64,000 bases of DNA from Azolla caroliniana (Eukaryota; Plantae; Polypodiophyta): assembly GCA_043228905.1 (NCBI GenBank), contig JBHGNT010000006.1, positions 9,362,001-9,426,000 of the forward strand, given 5' to 3'. The notes beneath the pieces were generated by a model, which worked only from the letters and a program-made list of their open reading frames with translations, did no database searches and was not told the DNA's origin. Positions 52,843 through 64,000 of the stretch are shown in pieces. Position 1 is the stretch's first letter. The number at the start of each line of letters is the position of its first letter. The position numbers and the translations under genes were made by a program.

Positions 52843-55800
52843 TAATAGACTCTATTGATGTTTTTCTCATATATTTGACTACTACATCTTTGTGCACAAC
52901 ACCACCACCACTTGTATCAATGTGTAGCTTATGTCACAATTATGCAAATTACAACCACCATATTGGGATGGATATGTACATACCTCGCACCATTCATTTA
53001 TTTGTGGTATATTTGTTTAGTGGACAACACATCGTTTTTTAACCTTGTTTTCATCACTACTTGACTCTTATAGGTAGTGACTTATTTTTCTTTTTTTTCA
53101 TAACATTTGCTTGGTACTCACAAGACTAGAATATTACTTGCGAGTGCACTTGTTTTTGCACATAATACACTTTTTCGACCATATCAATACATGCTGAGTT
53201 GGCATTTTAATATAAGGCTAACTAGGAAATTACATTGATGCTAGAACCATGGTTGAGGCTCGGGGAGCCGCCATGATTATTCAAGATAGAGAGCCGAGAA
53301 AGACATGTTTGCTATGTTTTCCCCCATGGTTTTTAAAACATCATAGTGTTACCATAGTTATTGGATCTCGAATCACATCTCATATGTCTGGAGGGGTAAA
53401 GATGTGATATGATAAAGTTATTCCAATCAAAATTTCAAGCATTCATTTTTCTTGTGTACTTTCTGAACCTCCTTATTTATATTATGTACAGACAACTTGC
53501 ATCATGGAACACGTTTTGAACACTGTTGGAGCGATCTCTCCGACCGAGACCTGTCAATTCCAATCTGCATCTTGCACACAAGCTGAGATCACTATTGAGC
53601 AATTCCTCACCACTACCTTGAATCAATTGGGCGAAATGAGGCAAGCCAATATAGCTTTGGAAAAAAAATTCCAAAAATTGACTATTGAGTCCAACAAAGA
53701 AGGTGAACCTTCTTTCGTAGTCACGCCATTCAAGGGAGATAAGAGGGAAAGAACCGAGGAGGTCATTAGCACTTGGCTTGGTCGTTGGAGTCTCATTTTG
53801 AACTCCATTCCAAGCCCGATGCTATAAAAATTGGTTATGTCGATCATGAGTTAGGTGGCCAAGCTGCTGCTTGGTGGCGCGGCCTAAGGACTGCAAAGAA
53901 GTTACACACAACTTGGGAAGGTTTCGTCGATGTTTTTAAGAACCAGTTATTGCAGTCACCTTCTCAAACTGAATGAGCACAAAACTTGCTCACGTTGTCA
54001 AGCAAGCCATTTACCTCTCTCGAGGATTATGTGCATCATGCTCAGACCCAAATCTAAAAATCGGGACTTACGGGGGAAAAATGGTTTGTCATTTGTTTTT
54101 TGAATGGTATTCCCAATGGGGATTACCATTGGATTGTCCATGACAAGGACCCCACAACGTTCAAGGAAGTCATCAACATTGTACTTTGGTACCATAGGAC
54201 TTCCCAGAAAGACCACAATAAACTTGAGTTCGTCAAAACTTCGAATATCAAGCTCATTGGGAAATGTAAGCAATCCAGTGACACTCTTGACTGCAACTCA
54301 AAGAAACCAAACCTCTTCTGTGCATATTGCAAGAAGTGGGGCCACAAAAAGGATACCTATCGTCGTCTTGAGAGGAAGTCAATAAACACCCCTCCTCAAG
54401 ACAAATCTACGAGTCACACAGGTGAGTCTTTTGATGTTATTGAAGTTCATACCAACCACTTAAGTTCATGTGAATGCACTTTTCCTTCACATTTATGTGG
54501 ACCTAATGATTTACTCCGAGCAGTCGGGTATATCAATGGAACACAAGCACATTTCTTGTTTGATTCTGGTAGTTCTCACAATTTTCTTAATGATCACTTG
54601 GTGCAGCAAATGCAACTCCAAATAAACGCACGTGATCATATCTATAAAGTTCACATGGCAAATGGAGGCGTTCAATACATTAGTGGCATTGTTTGTCAAC
54701 TGCAAATTCAAATAGATTCGTATATGGAGAAGCTTGACTTTCATGTTATGAAACTACAAATCCACATATGTTATTTTAGGATACCCTTGGTTTTTTAATA
54801 AAAACCCTTCTTTGTCCATTGATTGGGTTAATCACTCAATCACATTTGAACTTAATAATTGTAAACATTTTATTCAATGTTCCAAACTTCTCCTTCACTT
54901 GTGTCTTCTAAATCTTTAAGTGAGTATTCTAGTTCATCAATTTATTTGTGTGTATTTGATCCCACACTTCAATTTTATTATTTTAATCTTGACGCCACAC
55001 AATTACCAAATTATGAACGACAATTAATCGACTCTATTTTAGACGATTTTCAAGACGTGTTTCCTAACGAATTGCTGCGTTCTTTACCACCAAAACGTAA
55101 TGTGGACCACCAAATTGAACTCATCCTTGCTGCTGCCCCTATGAGCATTCCACCTTATTGACTTAGTCGATTAGAAGAGGATGAGATCGCCAACCAACTT
55201 AAGGAATACTTGAGTATGGGCCACATTAGGTATCAATGTAAAGAAGGAAGGTCCATGGCGAATGTGTATCAATTATCACCGTTTGAATAAAATGACAATT
55301 AAAAATGCATATCCGTTACCTCGTGCCGATGATTTGATTGATCGTTTGCATGGGGCTTGATATTTTACAAAAATTGACTTACGAACAGGTTATCATTAGA
55401 TTCGCATTGCCGAGGATGATATTCCCAAAACTGCTTTCCGTACACGCTATGGCCATTATGAGTTTTTTGTCATGTCTTCCGAGTTGACTAATGGTCTAGC
55501 CACATTCCAACAAGCGATGAATGACGTTTTCTAAGATAAACTCGGTGATTTTGTTGTCTTCTTCTTGGATGATATTATGATATATAGTCATACCTTGCAA
55601 TATCATGTTCAACATGTTTGATTTGTTTTGCAAAAGTTGTGTGACAACTCTTTCTATGCAAAACATTCAAAATATGATGTTTTCCAAAAATCGATTGTGT
55701 ACCTAGGTCATTTAATTACGGAAAATGGCGTTGAAATTGAACCTTCTTGTATTAAAAAGGTTAAACTTTGGTCCATTCCTCGTAATATTCGTGAACTTCG

Positions 55801-56699
55801 ATCATTCTTAGGATGTATGGATTTTTACGAAAATCAATTCATAGTTATTCTAAATTGACTACCCCATTAACAGTGACCTTTGAAAAGATCATCCACATTA
55901 GTCTGTCAAACCAAATTTATGGAATGAACAACTATTGCTTTTGAAAGTAAAAATCTTGATGATACTTAATCTCGGTATTTGGTTCAAGAGAAAGAGTTGT
56001 TCACGGTAATACATGCACTAAAAACATGGAGCATTATCTCTATGGAAATCAATTTGTGGTTACAATGGACAATCAATCCTTGAAGCATTTTTGCGACCAA
56101 CCAAATCTTGTTGGTGGTAAAGGCCGTTGGGCTAAGCTTATGCAAAAATTTGATTTTTCCATATGGTATCACAAGGGTTTTATGAACACTGTTGTAGATG
56201 CTCTTAGTCGCATTAAAGAAGTAACATGCTTAGTTTTACGGAAATAAAATCTGATCTTTTAGATCACCTTCGAGGGAAATACCTTGATGATAGTTATTTC
56301 TCAAAATACTGGACGAAAGCTGAATCTGGTTTAGATACCGTTACTAGCACCCTACCCTCAAAGGTTACCTTTCACATTACAAATGGTTTGCTCTACCGTA
56401 GTGGAAAGGTCTGTGTTCCAGATTTACCAAAGCTACGTAAAACAGAAAATTCTTCATGAATGTCATGATGCACCATCTGCTGGTCATCTTGGAGTACAAC
56501 GCACACTCATTCTCATCTTGAGTACTTTTTCTTGGCCTAAGATGCGCTTTGACATGCATAAATACGTGACTCAATGCTTACAATGTCAGGTTAAGTATGT
56601 TGCTGGCCTTTTATGTCCATTAGATATTCCCAACAACAAATGGGAAAGTATCTCGATGAATTTTATTGTTAGATTACCTTGTACACAGAGGGGCCATGA
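52843..56699 (+). mobile_element. Gypsy family B copy B2 (leader, gag-PR-RT-RNaseH-INT start), interrupted by Copia C
   Basis: Near-duplicate of 40345-42605; also HECHDAPSAGHLG and WESISMNFIVRLP integrase motifs. Confidence 0.9.
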
Positions 56700-58537
56700 T
56701 GTTGGGAATTCGGTCCCTCCGGATGGGATCCGGATGAGAGCCGGAGGAGCCGGATTGAACGAATCCGGATAAAGGAACCAGATCTGGAAGGGTTCCGGAT
56801 GAGACCTGGAAACCAAATCGGGTGAATCCGTATGGATCCGGTGCAAACCAGATCCAAGGACATATTTCTAAATATGTTAGAGTAAGCCAACTGAGGCTAT
56901 ATTTGTAAATAGCCCAAATTTCATATAAGTATAAATATGACTTAGGGCAATCACTTTAAGAGAGTTGTTGTTTAGAGTTGTTATTGTTGTACACAGAGAG
57001 AGAAAGATATAGAACTAGTTTTCTGTTGTAACCGCCGGTTTTGGCAAAGACATAGAACTCGAGGTCGTTGCCTCTGAGCCTCAAATTGTATTCATCCCCT
57101 CATTGTGATAGTTGGAGTCTGTGGGCTCCTGCGGTTTTTCCCATTTAGGGTTTTCCACGTAAACATCCTGTGTCATCTCGGTGTTCCCATTTCTATGTTT
57201 GATTCTCATTGAAGTGATTCAAGACTTGGTTGTGGCCGAGCAACATTCCGCGCTATTTCCTGACAAACTGGTATCAAAGCGAACAACACAGGAAATGGAA
57301 GTGTCGTTTGGCGACATGTTCGAGCTCACCGACTCCAACTACTCAGTGTGGAAGTCGAAGATGAGGGACATGCTGGTGGTTAAAGATATTTGGTTTCCGG
57401 TACAGTTCGGGGACAAGAAACCGGATAAGATCGATGCCGCGACATGGGAGGTGATGCACATGAAGACGACGGCGTACATTTGGTGCTTCATCGACATGAG
57501 CCTATACAACAACTTCAATGAAGAAAGTAAGGCTCATGAACTATGGGAGAAGATCAACATCATGTTCTAGAACAAAAATGCCGTTAATCGGGTTTTGGTA
57601 TTCCGGAAGTTAGTGAGGCTTCGGTACCAAGACGACTCCAGTATGGCGGAGCACATGAATGCCTTCTAGGGGCTAATACACTAAGACACCTCGTTGGAAG
57701 TACCCCTTGTGGATGAGGTACTCTCATTGCTCTTGCTCGGTTCCCTCCTGGATAGTTGGGAGACGTTAGTTGTCACGTTGGGCAACGTTGGGCCGGAAGG
57801 GAATCAATTGTCCCTAGCAAGGTTAAAATCAAGCTTGCTAGATGAAGAAGCTTGTGGAAAGGACTGGGAGTCCGGAACCGATCCGAAGGCCTTGGTTATG
57901 GAAGATGACCACTACCGGGGAAGAGGCCGGTATCAGAGTCCCCAAAATCAGGACAAATCGGGGACTAGGTCAAATTCAAGGGGGAGGCCTACTTGCTTTT
58001 ACTATGGGAAGCCGGGGCACTTCCAAAAGAACTGTCGGCATTTCCGGATAGAGAAAGGAACCAACAGTGCCGATTCGAAGAAGGGTTCAGATCGGAATGG
58101 TTTGGACCGGAAAGGCTCGGATCGGAAGGGAACGTCCGAAATCGTGACAAGTGAAGAAGAACTCATGCTTATTACCAAGGAGAATGAGTTAAACATTGTC
58201 GGCGACGAGACAATGTGGGTTGTCGATTCCGGAGCGACGTTCCACTTGACACTGGACTGGAGATGCTTCTCATCCTACACAGCCGGAGATGACGGTTGTG
58301 TCTGGATGGGGAATGAAGGGATCTGCCGAATCATCGGCATAGGAGATGTGTTGTTGACGACATCAACTGGATGCATATTGCTGTTGAAAGAAATTTGACA
58401 CGTTCACGAGGTTCGGTTGAACCTAATATCAGTCAGTCGGCTAGATGATGAAGGCTACACGGGTAGAATCTGGAAGGGAGTCATGAAGTTCAGCAAGGGA
58501 AGCTTGATTGTGGATTGAGCCTGGAAGATGAACACGT
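56700..58537 (+). mobile_element. Ty1/Copia element C (same family as B): 5' LTR, PBS, gag-PR; interrupted
   Basis: LTR 56700-57265 (TGTTGG...TGACA); PBS TGGTATCAAAGC at 57269; ELTDSNYSVWKSKM, CFYYGKPGHFQKNC, VVDSGATFH. Confidence 0.9.
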
Positions 58538-58952
58538 TGTCGTGTTGTTTCGCTTACGCATGAGAAACTGAGGCAGGACCACAGGGGCCTTGGACCGAGG
58601 AGTGCAAGAGATCGAAGAGAGTGAGAGAGCGTCGGGCCTGTGAATACCCGCTTCCGGCAAGCAACGTTTCTCGGCGGAATGAACCACGACTGCGTAAGTG
58701 CCTTTTCACGCGTCTAATTCCCTGATTCCACCAAAGGCCAGTTTTCTCCACGACATCCACCCCCACCAAACCGCGCATCCACCGGCATGCGCTAGAGAGG
58801 GACAAATGCTGGAGAAACCCAACTCGTATTCACCCGTTGCTCTCCAAAACTTCACCCCCTCCGAATCGGTTGTCATTGTCGTCCTCGCTTCCCGGGTCCG
58901 GCTCATCTTCATGCCGTTTCTTGAAGGCCTTGATCCTATTCCCGACTACTGG
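58538..58952 (-). mobile_element. 3' end of Gypsy element E (integrase tail, PPT, short 3' LTR), related to element D
   Basis: On minus: PVVGNRIKAFKKR integrase-tail-like peptide, PPT GGGGGTGGA, then LTR TGTCGTG...CACGACA at 58538-58755, whose end resembles the end of the D LTR. Confidence 0.72.
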
Positions 58953-59475
58953 TGTCGTGAAGATTTTCGGCGATAGTGTGAAACTTGTAAGGAACATACG
59001 AAATCGAGTGTGGTTCTTCTCACGAAATATAAACAATAATAGTAACGATACTATTTTAAATAAGTTTAATATCTTGGTACAAAAAGATGGAGGTCTTGAA
59101 GAGCTTCTGAATGTACTTTAGCACGTAGGAAATAGACATCTAAGTGTCGAGTTATGTGGGTATAAAGTTTGCAAAGAAGAAGAGAAAAATATGTGATATC
59201 CCACATAGACAGGACAAATAAGGAACCCACCATTTATAACGCAGAGCAAAAGCTATTATCTTTGTGTTTATGTGTGGAGTATAGAAAGGTTAAGTTGTAT
59301 GACTTAACGAATGGATCTAGCCAAATGCATATAACTACGTATTTTGGACGAATCCGGCGACAACGATTGACGATGTCCGACGGGATCCGGTATCCGACAT
59401 CACCCGGCGACGGAGCGGATGAGACGACGACCGGACGGAGAAATGCCTTGTAAAAATACATTAATAATAAAAAAC

Positions 59476-59529
<54 letters not shown>

Positions 59530-60078
59530 TCAAAAGGAGTGCAAGTGAAGACTTGATCCTTGCACCTCTACATTGAGGGTCTATAGACTTACCACTAGGC
59601 TATATCATTTCTTTAGAAATATTTCCTATCATTATAGTTTTCCATGTAAATCTCATATTAGAGCTTAATTGAGTTAGATGTGATGCATGAGCGCCAAATG
59701 GCAAACATACATCACATGCATTCCATGCATTGTATGCATGTCTTGTAGCCTCACATGCATTATATGCATGGGTGCGTCTATAAAAGGATGGATGAAAAGG
59801 ATCAAAGGTATGTTATGTATGGTTCAAGAATTTAAGAAGAAGAAAAATTTGTTCTCCAATTGATGATATATCTTGTCTCTCGAATCTAAAGTTAAAAGTA
59901 CTATCTTATCTCTCTCACTCTCTATCTCTCTCTCGCCATCTCAATCTCTCTCCCTCAAACTATCTTATATCCTTTCTCGCTAAAGCTAGTGAGTGCTTCG
60001 AGTCCTTCCGGTCCAGAACCCCGACGGTTCCGCCTCACGATCCGCACATAGAGACGGATCTTCACGACATAATCTAAG

Positions 60079-60096
60079 TGGTGAACCCGACGTGAA
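60079..60096 (+). promoter_or_regulatory. Primer-binding site complementary to the 3' end of tRNA-Trp
   Basis: TGGTGAACCCGACGTGAA is the reverse complement of the plant tRNA-Trp(CCA) 3' end ..TTCACGTCGGGTTCACCA (tRNA sequence recalled, not searched). Confidence 0.8.
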
Positions 60097-62324
60097 AGAG
60101 GCAGTAGGAAGGATCAAGTCGAGACCAATACTTGGAGATGGCTTCCTCAAGCAATCAAGCGGGAGACTTCGAAAGGATGATGTTGATCGTCGAACAAATG
60201 ATTAGATCTCGAGACAATGATGCGAGTGTGGAGAAGGCCGTCGACCGTGTCGTAGAGCTCGAGGGTCAATTCGATGGAAGGAACATTATGAAGTTCCTTG
60301 ATGCATACAAAAGGGAGATGAATCAAAGTGACGTGTCTGAAGCGCGACAAATAACAAGTTTCAAGAGAGTGGTCGCCAACAACATCCAAAGGCACGTCAT
60401 CGAATTTCAAGAAGGGAAGACAACATGGTCGGAGTTCGAGAAAGCGATATTAGTGGAGTTCACGATGGAAGATTTGTCGAGGATGACTTGACATGCCTTG
60501 ATGAAGTGGATAGAAAAGAAGAATAAGAAGATGAGCGCTTCGAGGGTGTACGACGAATTCGACCAAATGTTTCGTCGTCTCCCCGCCACAGACCAAGTGC
60601 TACTTGAGGAGGACAAAACTTTGTACTTCGTAAAGGCTGTGGATATGAAGGATAGACGAGAATTGGGGACTCTTCTCGAAGACGATACCCAAGCAAATGG
60701 GCTTGTAGTGGATTGGGTCGTGGTGAAGCGGGCGTGCAATAGGCTTGACAAGCGTCGCCAATGGGTTGATGACACCGACTTGATGGGATCGACTGTCACG
60801 GAGAAAGCAAGACCGCCGAAAGTAGTTGAGCCGCCAAAACAAAGTAACGTGGAAGAAAAGAAGATTGGTGATGACATCATCGAAGAACTAGCGAAGAAGT
60901 TTGAGGCAGTCACACTAGCCAACATGAATCGTCGGGGCTCCAAAGGAAAGGAACCCTTTAGATGCGCGTGGTGCGATAGCATGGACCACATGAGAAGGGA
61001 TTGCGCGAGCCTTCGAGAGGCGATCTGACAAAATATCATATACATAGATGACAACATGATCTGCTCGACTGAAACTCGAAGACCCCGATGGGTGAATTTC
61101 GGAAGAGGGGGAATGAAGAAGTCTATGGAAGATGTTGAGGCGACTCATATGGATGCGATGCACTATGCTACAACGGCCAGAATAAGAGTCGGGAAAGACA
61201 AAAATGAAGTTGCGAAAGTAGGAGCAAAGTTTTGGTCTTCCATTCTCGAGTATAAGAAGATGGGGAAGGTCACATCGAACGAGGTAGAGCTTGCGGACCG
61301 AAGCATGCAAACCATAACCGGGTGGTCGGATATGGTGGATGACAACACCATACTCGCGGAAGTGATGTGCGACAACCACGAGGTGTTCGTTAAAGAAAAG
61401 AGAAAAAGAATAGAAGAGCAAGACCCATCAAAAAGACATGAAACAAGGAATGCGATAAAGAAAGAAGATGCAGAAACGAGTCGATCTTTACAAATGGAGG
61501 AAGGAGACACTAGCCGAAAAGCGGAGTCGGGCAAACGAGTCGAAGAAATAGTTCGGCCCGTGAAGATTGGTGTTGAAGACCCCGCTCGAAAGACAAGGAC
61601 TATGCCTACCTATAAGCTAAGGTCGGATAGAGCAGACGATGGACCTAAAGAAGATTCTCGAGGAACGCGTTCTTGACAGCCACATGACTTTGTCCTTGAG
61701 GGAATTACTAGGCATTACGAAGAAGGAGTTCCACGACACGATCATGGACCTTGTAAAGAAAAAAAGGTAACAATCAGACGAAGAAGAAGAGAAGCCACTA
61801 AAAGCGAAAGCAAATGCGATAACGATGGCAAGAGACGAAGTCGATGAAGAAATGGTGGACAACCACTATACTCGACCTCATTGGGCACGAGTGACAACGG
61901 AGACGTCGGTGAAGATCGGGGAGAAGAAAAAGACCGTGGTAGCCTTGATCGACCACGGCTCGGAGATCAACCTCATGTAAACCGAGTTCTACAAAAAAGG
62001 AAGATGGCCAATCAATACAAATCACGGATGGAAGATTTGCTCAGCAACAAAGACTACGGAGGACTTGTACGGAGCTTATCCCAATGTTAAAGTCGCGATC
62101 GGGGATGTGGAGATGGATCAACACTTCTTCGTGCTAGAATTGACGTCGCATCTTGTCCTCCTAGGACAACTGTATATCACATCATCTCGGATGGAGACCA
62201 AAGTGTTCGATAATGGAGAAGCCTTCGCATGAATAAAGAGTCTTGACAACCAAAGATCTGTTCAATTCCTAATGGAGCGAGCTAATCATGAAAGAAATCG
62301 AGATAGTCTTGGAGGCGAATCCTC

Positions 62325-62387
62325 GGATTTTTAGAGCGGACTATTGAAGCATGGGGCACAAATAGTCCGAGCGATCACAAGTCCCCA
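62325..62387 (+). promoter_or_regulatory. Putative -1 ribosomal frameshift signal (G GAT TTT plus pseudoknot)
   Basis: Heptamer lies just before the gag-PR stop; 9-bp stem 62337-62345/62361-62369; loop TGGGG can pair with CCCCA at 62383-62387; the -1 frame is open for about 107 codons. Confidence 0.72.
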
Positions 62388-64000
62388 CAAGAAAGAAGAG
62401 CACATGGATTACGAGGAGAAGCAACATGTGTCACACCTAGTGGCACATGTAAACTAGTACTACCTGACAAGAAGGACAAGCTTCAGATACAAGAATTCGA
62501 GAAGATGCTGAAAGAAGAAAACATAATAGAAGAAGAAGATTTCGTGACTCATATTATGGAAGAAGCCTCATTTAACGACACCATCGGCGAAATCGAGGAC
62601 GTCGTGGACTTGATTGAGCTATCTTCACGACCAACGCATGATTTCGGTTAACTCCGTCAACATGTACGCTATCATCGATGAATACCATCATGGCATCTTG
62701 ATGGAGGAAGCTGAAGTTAACACAAAATATAAAATGGTGGATAAGAAGATCAAGCCAGTTGCGGTTCCGCTACCGGAAGATAGCTGGCAAAAGATGAAGG
62801 AAGTCGCTAACGATCCAAGCTTAAGAGACCCAAAGACAATAGGTCATGTCTTCACCGAAGAGACGAAAAGAAAGTTACGAGTTGGAAAGGAGGATTTCCT
62901 CCTCCCTGAAGAGGAGCGAAAGTTTTATGAAATGCTTGAAAGGCATGGGAAAGCCTTCATGTTCTCTCCCCAAGAAATCGGATGTGATGACCCAAAGATT
63001 ATAGAGCCGATTGTGATCTTCACGGTGCCGCATGTGCCTTGGAATTTGAAACCGATACTAGTTCCAAGAGTGCACCTTCCGAAGCTGATTGAGCTTTTAA
63101 AGGAGAAAGTGAATATGGGTATTCTAGAACCGTCGAATGCTCCTCACTCTAATAGGTGGTTCACGGTGCCGAAGAAGAATGGATCATTGCGATTCATCCA
63201 AGATCTTCAACCCGTCAACAAGGTGACAATTCGAAATGCTGGAATTGGTCCGAGCGTGGACAAATTTGCCAAGGCGTTTGCGGGCCGGTCCATCTACTCC
63301 ATTGGTGATCTCTACTCCGGATATGACCAATTCCAATTGGCGATCGACAATCGTGACATTACAACCATGAGGACTTTGATCGGGCTCGTGCGGATGTGTA
63401 CCTTACCTCAAGGTGCAACGAACTCAGTGGCTCATATGGTGAATGCCATGAACAAGGTCTTGAAGGATTGCATCTCGGACATCACGATGCCATTCTTGGA
63501 TGATATTCCGATAAAAGGATGTTCAGATGAGGAGAAAGATGAATCGAAAGATAAGGAAGGGTGTAGAAAGTTCATCATGGATCATATGAAAGATTGTGAG
63601 AAGGTGCTCCAAAGGCTTGAAGATGTGAATTTGACGTTTTTGAGAGAAAAATCCACATTCGGGCAACCATAGATCTTGGTGGTAGGTCACTTGTGTGGAG
63701 CATACGGCCGGAAGCCTTCACCATCCAAGGTGAACACGATCTAGGATATGAAAGAAGAATGTGTAAACCAAACAGAGGTTCGAAGGTTCCTTGGAGCATG
63801 CGCGTTTTATCATATCTGGATTCCGCACTATGCCCATGTCGCCGAGCCTTTATATGGATTGCTAAAGAAAAGAATGAAGTTCGAATGGCAAGACGAACAC
63901 ACAAACGCGATGCGAAAGTTGAAGAAACTACTTCTTGAAGCTCCAACATTAAGAAACGCCGACTATACCGAAGGGAAGCCGATTTATGTGACTGTCGATA

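Larger units (their letters stand above)
58953..64000 (+). mobile_element. Gypsy element D (non-chromovirus, Phygy-like): 5' LTR, tRNA-Trp PBS, gag-PR, RT; runs off the window
   Basis: LTR 58953-60069 with 12-bp terminal inverted repeat TGTCGTGAAGAT / ATCTTCACGACA. Gag from about 60138 with CAWCDSMDHMRRDC; PR LIDHGSEINLM; RT NRWFTVPKKNGSLRFIQDLQPVN, DLYSGYDQ, LPQGATNS, FLDD. Lineage name is from recall. Confidence 0.9.

Noticed and set aside
58538-60069. A single 1.5-kb LTR bounded by TGTCGTG/CACGACA
   Set aside because: The internal PPT, the integrase tail and a better 12-bp inverted repeat at 58953 show two separate elements in opposite orientation.

Overview
Plant nuclear DNA, AT-rich and dense in microsatellites. 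The retrotransposon content (self-priming chromoviruses, a tRNA-Trp-primed non-chromovirus Gypsy) points to a non-seed plant such as a fern; this is inference. There is one intact host gene: a 12-exon HAD-IIA/CECR5(HDHD5)-like hydrolase on the minus strand (2021-11637, 384 aa, one GC-AG intron). From about 14 kb to the end the window is a multi-layer transposon nest with readable LTRs, primer-binding sites (PBS), polypurine tracts (PPT) and target-site duplications (TSD): Copia elements, chromodomain Gypsy elements, a LINE and several DNA transposons with 8-bp TSDs. Most interesting signals: (1) Tf1-style self-priming sites in three chromovirus copies, with two different covarying primer/PBS sequences; (2) a copy shaped like an RNA transcript that starts where the self-primer would be cleaved off; (3) two -1 frameshift cassettes (slippery heptamer plus pseudoknot), one unusually located after the protease; (4) two DNA transposons carrying host-gene cargo (a glutaredoxin-like gene 5' fragment and a processed RPS12 copy). 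All coordinates and alignments were read by eye.
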